A program made the translations under genes and the position numbers. A DNA stretch of 64,000 nt, taken from contig NC_043017.1 of the NCBI RefSeq assembly GCF_006345805.1, forward strand, positions 682,001 through 746,000. Reading direction: 5' to 3'. The stretch's first letter is position 1; every line of letters begins with the position of its first letter. The notes under the pieces were generated by a model that saw only the letters and a list, made by a program, of their open reading frames with translations, had not been told where the DNA came from and made no database searches. The stretch is from Octopus sinensis (lineage: Eukaryota). Shown here piece by piece: positions 29,290 through 42,344 of this stretch.

Positions 29290-30173
29290 CACGTAGTACA
29301 GACAAGAAAATATAACGAACAAACACTGTATTCTAGTCACTGTATCGCGGGAAAATACTCATCATAGTCAAAATCTGAAAAATGAAAAAGACATGAAAAA
29401 TAACATACAAAACTGAAATTATATACAAAAAATAAATTCATAATTGAACACTTAATGACCATGAGTAAAATATATATATAATATAACAAAATATATGTAA
29501 GGCCTAAATATGAATTCACGGAGAAAATACTTTCATTTCTCTCATTAAAAAATACATTCATACACGTTTTTATACGATGTGATACCATCCATATACTGCA
29601 GCACTATTTATGTGGTGGTAGGTGGGATGATGTTCGTGGTGAAGGTGTTGATAAAACTGTAGTTGCGTTGAAATGTTGGCGCTCGTGTGGTAGGTTGGTC
29701 AGGTGGTGTGACGATAAAGGTGGGGATGTTGATTTATGTTACTCAGGAAGCTGGTTTTATGTATTTATTTATATTTTTGTTATTTTGTGTGAGTGCGTGT
29801 TCGCACGCGCGGGAGATGAGTGCGCCAATGATCAAAATAAAAAGCAGGTCTCTGTCTAATTCTTGTATTTTCATCTAAATACACACGCACACATACTGAT
29901 ATATACATATATATATATATATGTACATATATATACATATATACATATATATATATACATGTACATATATATATATATATATATACATATATACATATAT
30001 ATATATTTATTAATATATATATATGTATATCACATACATATATCACATACATTCACAGACACACAGGCACAAACATGCATATATATACATGCATATATAC
30101 ATATTCAAGCGCATATATATTTATACATAATATATGTGTGTACGTGTATATATATATAATATACATACATACA

Positions 30174-30175
30174 TC

Positions 30176-30215
<40 letters not shown>

Positions 30216-30395
30216 CCTATGTTTCTGTGCGTATGTGTACATGCGTGTGTGAGAGCGTGTGTAGCTGCTCACCCTATATTTAGCCTGTATATGCATTATA
30301 TATATATATATGTGTATATATATATAAATATATATATATATACATATGTATATATATATATATATATACATACATATACTTACCCATATTTTGTT

Positions 30396-30433
<38 letters not shown>

Positions 30434-30667
30434 TATATATACATATATATATGTACATATATATATATACATATATATACATACATATATATATACATAC
30501 ATATATATATATACATATATATATATACATATATATATATACATACATATATACATACATATATATACAACATATATATATACTACATATATATATATAT
30601 ACATATATATATACATACATATATATATACATACATATATATATATACATATATATATATACATACA

Positions 30668-30740
<73 letters not shown>
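30174..30740. repeat. Compound (AT)n/(ATAC)n microsatellite block, representative of dozens in the window
   Basis: Direct reading. Similar blocks at 3591-3940, 4745-5145, 7161-7260 (ATCT), 12421-12680, 42090-42335, 42590-43290, 43470-43840 and 58700-59090. Confidence 0.98.
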
Positions 30741-30882
30741 GAGCCAAGTTGATTGCACTATTTGTTCTCACAATACATTTTTACGTGTGCTGTATCAGTG
30801 CCAATTTCCCTCACCCCCTCCTCTGTGAAATATATATTTGAAAATCTAATCACATAGCATTTGTTGCCATTGTTATTGTTAA

Positions 30883-30927
<45 letters not shown>

Positions 30928-31157
30928 CATCATCATTATTATTATTACAGTCCAATATTGTTGTTGATATTATTATTATTATTATTAATGTTGTTCTTCT
31001 CGTTCATGTTTCTTCTTTTTTTTCTGTTGTGGCAATTTAGCTCTCCTATTTTCCATGTAAAATACACTGATTGTACGATAAGAAATAAATGAATTATATA
31101 TGTATATATACATAATATATAATATAATATACAAACATATTCGCACACATAAATATT

Positions 31158-31220
<63 letters not shown>

Positions 31221-32599
31221 TATATACATACTTACATACACATACATACACACATATATATGTGTGTGTATGTATATCATATAAACACAGTGAAACAAAT
31301 GTATACATATACATATATATATAAATACATATAGGTATTTATATATATTTATATATATATATAGATATAGATATATATATAGATATATACATATATAATT
31401 GGAATTGATGTCACGCCTACTGTATGTTATTTATTCCTCCACTTGTTTTCATTCTGCCGGAGGCAGTTAATTACTATGTTTACAGCTTTTCCTTCTAAAT
31501 ACGTAATTATGGGTTGTGGTGCATTTTCTTTTACGCCGGCAATGAACGAGCAACTTACCTACGATGGAAAGAGTCGTAGACTCGTATCTGAAACATGTCA
31601 GCAAGTTGTCTATACTTGAAAACATTCCTTATTTTCCTTTCAATGTGATGAATTCAATAAAACTTAATCTGGACCTAACAAATAGACAAATATTCCCTCA
31701 ACATTGGCCAGATGATGTTACGAGATCGAGCATGTCTCCTATCACAGTATTATAACAGAATAATTCCACCTCAATGAGCTGTTATCTGTTTAATAACATG
31801 TCGGAATATGAAGGGAAGAAGAAAATCTCATAGCATTGAAATATTTTCAGAAGGAGTTTTACCAACAAATTTCAGATGAAACCCTAATATAATTCTGCAA
31901 GCAATATGTTTTCACAGGAATGTTCTACGTCGTCCAATGTATGATTCTGACATTTAAAATGATTAAATATCATCTCCAGTTGGTGCTAGTAAGTTTGTCA
32001 TTGTCTGGCACGAATTTAACCGAAACCTATCTAAGGTAGGTAACTTGGTAAGAATATTGATTTAGGTTTTGGAAATGTTAGAAAGGTTCCCGAAATATTA
32101 TAGGTTTCTTTAAACAACCTATATTCAGTCACCTTGTAAATTTTGCTTCATTTCTTACCTGTGTTACTCAAAACATTTTCAAATACGTTGATCATTTACA
32201 CACATCGCAATACTTCAAGTAAATGTCAATACACTTGTAATGTGATAAACAGGTATGTAGTTTATAGTTTGAAGAATTTGGCTAGAACACAATTGTTGAT
32301 TAGCGCTAACACTACTGCAGTGATAGGAACCAATGGTGGAATAACGCATTAACGCGATTTAAAAATTACCACTCTGACGAAGGAAACCCCTTAAACACGA
32401 AATGGAAGAAAATATTACGTACATATGATTGTTCTCTTATTTTCGCTTGAGCAGCGCCAGAATATTATTCGGTAGCATTTCATTTTTGTTTAAAAAAAAC
32501 ATTTATCCTGTTGTACACAATAACAGTTTTAATAGAATTTTACTAATATCTATCCCTCAATCTTCATCCTCTGCTATTTCTTGGAGGGGCTTGGAGTTA

Positions 32600-32830
32600 A
32601 TTCATTAGTCGACCCTTCCATAGGATTCTGTCACAAGCAAACCGTCAATAGATTTCCCACCTGCTCTCTCCCTCGAGCGTGACCGAACCTCTGGATAGTA
32701 TCCCAACATTCCGTTCTTGATCACACCTAGGTCTTTCTTGAGATTCTTTTCTGTCACATTCTGAGCACATGCCTGTAATACTGGATCGGTCATATCTCAA
32801 AGTGGAGATGGAGCAGCTAGTCCTGGAGAT
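32600..32830 (-). mobile_element. Degenerate CR1/L2-type LINE RT fragment
   Basis: Minus frame EKNLKKDLGVIKNGMLGY resembles the conserved EKDLGV...MLG motif downstream of CR1-type RT. Confidence 0.5.
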
Positions 32831-33601
32831 ATTCCCTGATCACTGAGTTAAATATGATGTCTAGTGATGTTGCTCCGAAGAGTCTTTAGAAGAAGTGCAG
32901 ATCAGCCGCTTGTTTTCGCAATGGTTCGCTTTATTCGACATTTCTGACATTTTAGTAATATATTTGAGGAGAACAATGTGCGAAAACGCAATATAATGGC
33001 TATAACTAATTCGATTTGAAATTTCAGTTTCACATTCGAGAATACAAGTTAGAGTGATTATGAGTGATGCTCAACCTGAATAGCTGAAGATTAATACTTA
33101 CAAAAAAGAAGCATAGAATGTAAGACATGCGGATTTGCTTTTAGTGTGGATTCTTGCAAAAAGGTGAACTCAGCCAATAACAGTGATCACGTGGTGGGGC
33201 TGTGTTACCGAGTTTAAATACATAAAATAATGCACCTACATGGACTTTCATGACAAATGTCTGAAGACTCATAACTTTATTCGGAAGAGATACAACAGTG
33301 ACTTCCAATTAGGTACTGCAAGTTTACTTAGAGTTTTATTCTACTAGTACTTTGTTATGCAGAGGGCCTATTTGACACGTAGCTGCAGGACTGGTTCGTG
33401 AAATCGGTTAGTCTGCGGTGAAACATGCCCAGGGATTGCTTTTTTTCAGAGTTTTGTATAGGCGTTAGCCGCAGAAGCATTTCTATCATTTGACGTAAAA
33501 CATGGTCTCTTGACAATTCTTACCACTCTGTGCTAAAGGCGGACCTAGGATTATTGTTGAATAAGCGGTAAATACATAACTACAAGACTCTTGAAATTAT
33601 T

Positions 33602-33831
33602 ATTTCTTTATTGCCCACAAGGGGCTAAACACAGAGGAGACAAACAAGGACAGACAAAAGGATTAAGTTGATTACATCGACTCCAGTGCGTAACTGGTAT
33701 TTAATTTATCGACCCCGAAATGATGAAAAGCAAAGTCGACCTCAGCGGAATTTGAACTCAGAACGTAGCGGCAGACGAAATACCGATAAGCATTTCGCCC
33801 GGCGTGCTAACGTTTCTGCCAGCTCGCCGCC
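33602..33831 (-). mobile_element. tRNA-SINE family A, full-length
   Basis: Reverse complement of 2563-2794, from tttctttattgcccac to ctgccagctcgccgcc. Confidence 0.92.
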
Positions 33832-35077
33832 ATTCTACAACTTGCCATCTTGCCACGTACTCCCACTCCGTTTAAAGGTAAATCGAGAAGTGGTAGTGAC
33901 TTCATACTCCACGAAACTCTTGGACTCTAGTTTATAGGGTCATTGCCAAGCATTATCTCTCCGTGCAAAAGCAAACCAGAAAAACTATTTGTGACTAAAC
34001 GGTAACTATATATTCACCCAAAACACCAACACTTCTCTAGGGTTCTTGACAGGTAGTGTCGTATCTAGGAGTAAGTCTTTCTTTCGTACTCGCCAAAGAA
34101 CAAGCCACGTTTGAGGGCCACCTTTGGATGTAGTTTAATGTTGTTGCTCAGGAGAAACCAAGAATACGTTCGTGACAGACATAATTCTCCAGCGCATTTG
34201 CCCCGACTAATCTTTAGGAAAACATCGACATTACAAAGAGATAAGCCCCAAACACATATTGGTTAAAGTCGCGTATAAACGATATTTTCGAGCAGATTCT
34301 TCTAGACTATATATTTGGTTGAATGATTCATTCGGTTGACACTGATGTTATATGATGACATTATTCACGAAATGTCACTAAAGTTCCGCCAAAAACAACT
34401 GGAGATTCAATGAAACAACAATTGCAATAACAACGACGAGGATAATAGGATGGCTTCAACAAATATGGAAATTAAGCCATAGTTAATGTTGTTTTGTTTT
34501 TCTATGGTTTTGAGAGTTTGTTGGTTAGACTTTATTAATTCTTTTGTTTTTTTTAATGCTATGTCAAAGCATTAACATCGTCCATCGATTAATGAGGAAT
34601 TAAACCAGCTGCTTAAACTAGCAGCAGAAAGACAAAGACAAAAGAAAGAAAAGAAGCAACAAAAGCGTGACATGGGAACAAGATTGTTGTTGATGGGCGG
34701 ATAAATATGTCGTCTTGGCTGTTTTGCAAGTCAAATAAACACAGATGAAATATCTTGAAAAAAATTATTATGCCATTTTCTGTTGGAACATATCAAACCG
34801 CATCGATTAGCATCACTCATTCTCTATGTCTTTTATATGTGTTTTCTTAGTTTAAAGTTATGTTATGCAACAAACGTAAGTGATGGCAGCGAAACGGAGA
34901 TCGATTTCTGACTAATCTTATTTTCGGAATGCTGAATGTTGATAATATTCTTGGTCTTTAATGAGAAACAAACTGCAAAAACATCCCATTAACTCTTGGA
35001 CATTTCTGAATTTCTAAGCCTTACAACATATATTAATGAATCGTCTGGGAAACATGAAAGATTCTGTCTCTTGCTTA

Positions 35078-35121
<44 letters not shown>

Positions 35122-36093
35122 CTCTCTCTCTCTCACTCTCATTCTCTCCTTCCCTCTCTTTCTGCAGGTGCCACACATTTTAAAAACATACGTCATTATG
35201 AACTTCCATGAAAAAGTCTGAAGATTCATGAATTATTTTTGGGAAAGGTAGAAAAGTGCTTTCCAGTTGTCTTTTGCTGTTTTATTTACGGTTCCGTCTG
35301 TTAGTCTCCGGCTCTTGTGCGTTTAACAATGAAGCGTAGGACAACGGAATAAGTTCACGTGACATTAGGGCATATCTACGCCGCTGTGTACTTGTGAGAC
35401 TCATGTCTCCAGGCAATCAATTCACTGCATCCTTTTTGTTTTCCTCGCAAGTAAACTGCCTCCTGGATTTGACTCGTAATTAGGATTTGGTTCCCAGTTA
35501 CATTAGCAAATACCACAGTCACGTGCGGAACCTGTTTTGGGGAGATGAGTTAATTATGAGGCAAATCCATCAACACCCAAACTCATGAATTCCTGAGCTG
35601 GAGTCGAAAGAAATATACCATGTAATGGAAATATATACGAAAAGTCTTGAAAATATATCGAGATTTTTTTCTGGACTATAAAGATTGAGACAAACTTACT
35701 TCAGTGTACATGTTTTAATCAGAGTAAACAAAATTAAGCAAGAGAAGGGAGCGGAAAAAACACACTGCTCTATTTTTCCAAAAATAAGTCATGAATCTTT
35801 AGACATCGATTTAGAATTTCATGGTCACGACGCTTGTAAAATACGGAAACTAATTCTACTGCCTCGTTGAGTGGGTATTATCCATAGTCTCAGTCGGCCT
35901 CACTTGGGAATTCATTCAGAAAACGTATTCACGGTTGCTTAGGACATAGCAGAGGAGGTGGCTGAGGATTCAACTCACACAGCAATCCTCGGACCTGTGG
36001 GCAGAGAAGTTGGATAGAGATATAGCTTAGCTATAAAATAAGAACTAGTCCAATATTAAGGAATCCATTTGTGATGGAAGAAAATTGAAAATA

Positions 36094-37314
36094 TTAGGTC
36101 GTCAAGTATGAAATTTGAAGAAATGAAAATAGTTTGCTAATGTTTTATAAATACAAGGAACAGTTTTATTCATCAAAGTACGCACCCATATTGCCAATAC
36201 TCTTTTGCCATTTCAGCGGTAGCTTGTCCAGACCAGAACTGCAAAAGCTCGGCAATCTACAGTCAATAAAACTTTGGAAGGCCTGTTTTACAGCATTGTC
36301 GGAATTAATTTTTTTTCTATCAAAAAGTTAACCAAATTCTGGAAGAAGAGGCAGTCTGTTGCGGCAAGGTCAGGTGTGTACGGTGGATGATGGAGAACTT
36401 CCAACTCCAAATCCTGTAGTTTCGCCAATGTCATTTTGCCACATGTGGTCTGGCGTTGTCTTGCAATAAAATAGCAGTGGATCTGTGGACTTGTCTAGGT
36501 TGTTTTGTTTTTGTAAGTTTCTGCATCGTTTGGCCGCAGTATACTTCGGCTGTGATTGATGAGCCAGGTTTAATGAAATCATAGTGGATCACACGAGTAC
36601 CAGACCACCAAACACACACCCTCAGCTTCTTTTTGGACTGTTTTGCTGGCTTCTCTTTGTCCAATCATCGTGCTGAACGTTTGCGGTTGTATTTGATCCA
36701 TTTCTCATCATATGTTACAATTAGATTTAAAAATGATTCATTTTTGTGACGAGAACGTCGTATAATGCAGGCTTCTAAACGTTGCTGTTTCTGATTTTCA
36801 TTGAGTTCATGTGGAACCCACCTATCCAAATTTTTCACTTTACCGATTTGAACTCAGTGAGTCAATATTGCTTGCTTGCTAACACCGAACAACTGCGATA
36901 ATTCATGGGCACTTTGAGATGGATCTGACTCGCTTTCACTTCGTAATTATTCACCTTTGTTTCTGGTCGACCGCGTTGCTAATTTGTGAGGTGAAAGTTA
37001 CCAGAACGAAATTTTGCAAACCAATTTGATACTGTCTGCTGTGTAATAACATTAGAATGAAATACTCCATTAACATTTCGAGCTGTCTGTGATGCTCATA
37101 TTTCAAAACTGTACGAATTTTTAACTACTCCATCTCTAAACCAAAATACCAACAAAACGATTTAAAAAGCGCAAAAATGAGTTAGAATAAAGAAATAGAT
37201 GCGTCAACTTTCTAACAAAAAATATAGATTGTCAAAATATAATAATGGCGCAAAATGAGCAGCTGTCAAAGTTTACTGTATACCTTACGACAAATTTCAT
37301 TCGTGATGACCTAA
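36094..37314 (-). mobile_element. Mariner (DD34D-type) transposon, full-length but decayed
   Basis: TIRs ttaggtcgtcaagtatgaaatttg and caaatttcattcgtgatgacctaa, each flanked by TA. Minus-strand transposase motifs VCVWW...VIHYDFIKPG..ITAEVYC, LLQDNARPHVA and HPPYTPDLA lie in broken frames. Confidence 0.92.
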
Positions 37315-38049
37315 TATCAGAACATTAAATTATCCAAGGCTTGGCGGAAGATAATATTTGTTCGGTAAACCCTTTTATAAATAGAGCTGTAATTACTTTG
37401 CTAAATTATCATGTCATGAGATAGTCTAGCGTGATTATTATTTATTTATTTCTAAATAACACCTGTAAGATTTTGAGTGGAAAACTGATCTGATGGGGGA
37501 AAAAAACAGCACCAACGCTTCATATTACATCATACCGTCCTAATAAAAGAAATATCAGAAGAGACGCGTTTGAGTATACCGTTGCGGAAAAGTAGATAAA
37601 TGAACAAAAAGAAATCTGTGATAATCTGCCTCATAAGTATTTTTGCACGCTGTAGACGTTTAGGGACTGAACACTGAATTTAGAGAAAACTGAATGAAAT
37701 GACATTTAGCTGGACTCACCAGGATCCATTGTTTTTGAGAAGCGAACTTCTTACTACGCAGCCAATGTATGCGTGTGTGTGTACTGCGGTCATGTGTGAA
37801 GCTTTGCGCTAGAGTTTGTCCCCTACCTTTCTTGACAACTGGTGTTGGTGTGCCTATGTCCCAGTAACCTAGCAGTTCGGGAAAACAACAGATCGACTAA
37901 ATACCAGGCATGACAAAAAAAGCAGCATAAAGTCCCATAAATACTGCTGTCGATTCGTTCAACCAAACCCTTCCAGGCTGTGCCTCGTCTTGGACGCAGT
38001 CTAATGTATGAAACAAGAAAAGAAAGGAAGATATTAAAAAAAAAACATT

Positions 38050-38222
38050 AGGCGCAGAGAGTGTCTGTAAGGTAAGTAGCTTGCTTACCAACCACATGGT
38101 TCCGAGTTCAGTCCCACTGCGTGGCACCTTGGTCAAGTGTCTTCTACTATAGCCTCGAGCCGACCAATGCCTTTTGAGTGGATTTGGTAGACGGAAACTG
38201 AAAGAAACTCATCGTATATATG

Positions 38223-38289
<67 letters not shown>

Positions 38290-38494
38290 CTGTGTTTGTC
38301 CCCTCAACATCACTTGACAACCGATGCTGGTGTGTTTACGTCCCCGTAACTTAGCGGTTCGGCAAAAAGAGCCCGATAGAATAAGTACTAGGCTTACAAA
38401 GAATGAGTTCTGGGAGTCGATTTGCTCGACTAAAGGCAGTGCTCCACCATGGCCGCAGCCAAATGACTGAAACAAGTAAAAGTGTAAAAGAGTA
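38050..38494 (+). mobile_element. tRNA-SINE family B, full-length
   Basis: Matches 8761-9170 throughout, with a gtaaaagagtaaa tail. Confidence 0.92.
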
Positions 38495-39017
38495 AACAAC
38501 AACAAAAGCATAAAAAACCCACATCAAAAGTGTCGAAAAAAAAAGAACAGCAACAACAGCAAGAAAAAGTAAGATAAATGAGGAAAATGTTTCGAATTTG
38601 ACATCAAAGACGAAGCTTAAGCAACCGATGAAAAGAGACCAATGAATATACATATTCAGGTGACACGAAGTCAAGTCACGTGCTGCTAAATTTGAATATA
38701 TAACGAACTCGCTTGCTTTACCTCTTTAATGAAGATATATACAAATAATGGTTCCCTATTAGGAAGTTTCATTTCGTTTTACTGAATAATTATATGGCGG
38801 TTTATGAAAGCGCTAAATTGCAATTAAGTCGTCTGAACAAAGATGAAATTGTTATTCTACCATTGTCCCCTCAATTAGTAGCCTTGATGAGCTGCTCAGA
38901 TGTTATAAACAGTTTAAAAACGAACGGTCGGGAATATAATGAAGCATTCAATAACGTCTGAAAACTAAACAAAAATAAATAAATAAAAGATTAACAACGA
39001 GTATTATATATATATTT

Positions 39018-39200
39018 TTTACTTGTTTCAGTCATTTGACAGTCCCATGCTGGAGCACCACATTCAGTCGAGCAAATCGACCCCAGGTCTTATTCTTTGT
39101 AAGCCTAGTACTTATTCTATCGGTCTCTTTTGCCGAACTGCTAGATTACGGAAACGTAAACACCAGCATCGGTTTTCAAGCGATGTTGGGGGTAGAAATG
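39018..39200 (-). mobile_element. tRNA-SINE family B, 3' part
   Basis: cttgtttcagtcatttgac...ctttgtaagcctagtacttattctatcggtctcttttgccgaac. Confidence 0.85.
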
Positions 39201-39639
39201 ATAAGTAATATATAATATATATATACATGTATATTTGGGTACAGGACGTCACCAACGGTGCAAGTAGTATGAAATACGCAAACAAACGCATTAAATACTT
39301 AAATAAGGAGAAGAAAATGGAAAACAGTTCAAGTAAACACGGAGATAGGACCCTTCATTAGTTGTCAGCTGTCTATCAGCTCATTTCGAGCTTTCAACGA
39401 CAATATGAGACTACAAAGATAATTGCTCTCATAAATTCTAAAATAAAATTTAGGATTTATGAAGGGTCAAAGTTAGGAACAAATACATGAGAGTTGAGAC
39501 ATACAAGGAAACCGAACGAAAACAAACATGGAGGTCTGTTGGACCAGAACGAGAGGAAAATGGTGAACGCTAGGAGAAATATTTTCTTTCAAAAGAGAAA
39601 AGACAGAAGAAAGAGAGAAAATAATATATCTATGTGTGT

Positions 39640-39845
39640 GGTTGTGTCTGTACTTGTCCCTTACCACAGCTTGACAACTGGACAACCGATGTTGGTGTAT
39701 TTACGTCCGAAATTAGACGTCAGAGAATAGAATAAGTCTAGGCTTTAAAAGGTATCCTGGAGTCGATTTGTTCGACCAAAACCCTTCAAGGGGGCACCAC
39801 AAGATGGCCGCTGTCAAATGACTAAAACAGGTAAACGATAAAAGA
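39640..39845 (+). mobile_element. tRNA-SINE family B, diverged 3' part
   Basis: cttgacaac...ccgatgttggtgtatttacgtcc...gtcgatttgttcgac...gtcaaatgactaaaacaggtaaa. Confidence 0.75.
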
Positions 39846-40169
39846 CAGCTTAGTTCAATTAAACAAGGAGTTTTCTACATATGAAATTCCGCCTAGGCAA
39901 AGTAAAATGTTGAAAGAAATGTTCAGTCCGGCATGGCCGCAACACGTACGGTCGTAAGTTTATTTGGTAAGGGCTGAAATGGGTCTTCGGAAGAAGTGGG
40001 TCTAAACAGAAGAAGCTATAACAGGAGTAGCAACAGTAACAACGAAGTCTAACGTTATAGATGGACCTATTCGGTTTATATCACGAAATAAATAGACTGC
40101 TCCAGCTTTTTAGATCTAACCCAAGTTCTACAATTTATTTTTTTACATACTTTTACATATTTGTATTCA

Positions 40170-40614
40170 ATCCTATACAATTTCAAAATAAGGTGATTAA
40201 AATCAAAATAAGCAACAAGGATATCCAGAGGTAATGCCGTACGATATTTTCATGCAACTCCATTTAATTGAACAATGCAATCTTTACATCCATTTAAAAT
40301 GCAGAGCAATCGTCAGCTGCACAAAGACATAGAATTTAATTAAATGAGAACAGATGGACACATTAGTATAATTATACCTAAAATCTCCAAGAAGTTAAGG
40401 CGATAGACAAAAAACATGTTGTACCTGCAACAGCATAGTCGTATATTAAATTCTATGTTTTTGTGCAGCTGAAGATTACTCTACCTTTTAAATTGATGTA
40501 ATGATTGCATTGTTCAGTTAAATGGAGTTGCATGAAACGATCGTACTGTATTACCTCTGGATATCCTTGTTGCTTATTTTGATTTTAATGACCTTATTTT
40601 TAAATTGTATGGAT
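40170..40614. mobile_element. Long palindrome (~170-bp arms, ~104-bp spacer), Penelope-like inverted terminal repeats
   Basis: Arms 40170-40340 and 40445-40614 are reverse complements, for example aatcaaaataagcaacaaggatatccagaggtaat and attacctctggatatccttgttgcttattttgatt. Confidence 0.85.
40464..40550 (+). ncRNA. Type I hammerhead ribozyme-like motif with extended stem II
   Basis: tgcag-CTGAAGA(40469-75)-58 nt-GAAAC(40534-38)-gatc-GTA-ctgta. Stem I is 5 bp, stem III is the palindrome ACGATCGT, and the base of stem II pairs poorly. Confidence 0.55.
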
Positions 40615-41496
40615 AATACCGTACTAAATTTTTGATGACCTCATCTACCATCTCTAAGGCATTCAATCCTAAGTAGATATAATTTAGTTGAGCTTAAAAC
40701 CTAGCAAGGAGTGACCTCTCCTTATTTATTGTACGCAAATGGAAAGCAGTTTCTTGCCAGATTCAGGGAACTACTTGCTCGCTAGCAAAATTTGGACCGC
40801 ATTCAATCATTTAAACGAAGCCATTATTGAATCTCCCAGCCAAAGCTAAAAGTGAGGATGCGAAACCACGCACAATTTTACCTTCAGCTCGAAACAAGGA
40901 TTGTTTAACTACGATGTAGCAAAACAGCTGATTTATTACTTTTCGTAGCACAGACGTGTTCCCATAGATTTCCTATCCTTTAGTCACAGTAAATTTCCAA
41001 GGCCTCCCCACTCTTTCTCTCTCAACGTCTTACTACTATCAATTTAAGAAAAAAATATTTCCCCCTTTCTCTCCCCCGCTCTCTCAGTCACTAACTCATT
41101 CTCGTTGTCCTATTGTTCCCTTTCATTTATTTCTTTCACTCTTTGCTTATAAACACAATAGGAAGGAGAGGGTGAAGGTAACATTAATACGGGTATCCAC
41201 CCCAATCATGGCAAGACTCCATTAAGCACACCCAACTAACAATGTTTAATCGCTTAAAACATTAAACGTTTTTCAAATTAAACATTAATCTGTAAAAATA
41301 TATAAGGATTAAAATATGGAGTTAAGATTAGCTTTATTTATTTCGTGTTCTCTCAGTGAATAATCGGGGTTCGACATCTTAATGAATCACGTGAAGGTGA
41401 AACTGTGTGGCGCCCGCTCCCGTGTATTGCAGTAGATTCACCACAAAAATGTTTCAAATCAGAAAGGACTTCAACAGATTGAACTTTCAACAGATC

Positions 41497-41559
<63 letters not shown>

Positions 41560-41654
41560 AACTGTAGGTGTATGGATTCAACATGAAGATATAAGGAATA
41601 TTTAAATTCATAGAATACAGGGCGAACATTAATTGAAAGAATTATTGAGGGATA

Positions 41655-41709
<55 letters not shown>

Positions 41710-41722
<13 letters not shown>

Positions 41723-42027
41723 TTAGAGACAAAACCACTATTTTGCAAATCAAACAAAGAAGACTTAATCCAATACATAAAAAAATTTTAATATAAATTA
41801 AATAAAATTATATTCGCCACTACAATTGTTTCATGTCTCTTCTCATAACTTTAAATAGAATAGAAGATCTGAAATCCACCTGATGAATGTCCTGAGAAGA
41901 GACATGAAACAATTGTAGTGGCGAATATAATTTTATTTAATTTATATTAAAATTTTTTATGTATTGGATAAGTCTTTCTTTGTTTGATTTGCAAAATAGT
42001 GGTTTTGTCCCTAATTAATATTATATA
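41710..42027. mobile_element. Near-perfect palindrome (~135-bp arms, 47-nt loop), Penelope-like inverted terminal repeats
   Basis: Arms 41710-41845 and 41893-42027 differ by about one substitution and two 1-nt indels. It begins at the end of a (TA)n tract. Confidence 0.92.
41876..41921 (+). ncRNA. Canonical minimal type I hammerhead ribozyme
   Basis: ccac-CTGATGA(41880-86)-atgtc-ctgagaaga-gacat-GAAAC(41906-10)-aatt-GTA(41915-17)-gtgg. All core nucleotides are present, with 4-bp stem I, 5-bp stem II and palindromic stem III ACAATTGT. Confidence 0.85.
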
Positions 42028-42099
42028 ATATTTTACTATAAAATTGGATTCAATCCTAATCTGATTTTCCCTGTAAATTTGGATTTATTCCCTAATATT

Positions 42100-42130
<31 letters not shown>

Positions 42131-42154
42131 CTACATATATATATATATATATAT

Positions 42155-42195
<41 letters not shown>

Positions 42196-42302
42196 CATAT
42201 ATATATATATAACATACATATATATATATACATACATATATATATTATATATATATACATACATTATATATATATACATACATATATATATATATATAAT
42301 AT

Positions 42303-42335
<33 letters not shown>

Positions 42336-42344
<9 letters not shown>

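Noticed and set aside
32374-32390. CTGACGA-ag-GAAAC hammerhead-like string (also 5471-5495 and 8183-8210)
   Set aside because: Stem II, stem I or the cleavage triplet cannot be formed.
33174-33200. ERSE-like CCAAT-N9-CACGTG (and ATTGG-TCACG on minus near 7026-7038)
   Set aside because: Spacing is one base short of the canonical CCAAT-N9-CCACG / ATTGG-N-CCACG, and no associated gene is evident.
37715-37765. Apparent first coding exon on minus (aaacaATGGATCCTG/gtgagt)
   Set aside because: It aligns to a decayed SINE-B head (gactgaacccgggaccatgtggttgggaagc...cttcttaccacacagcc), so it is probably coincidental.
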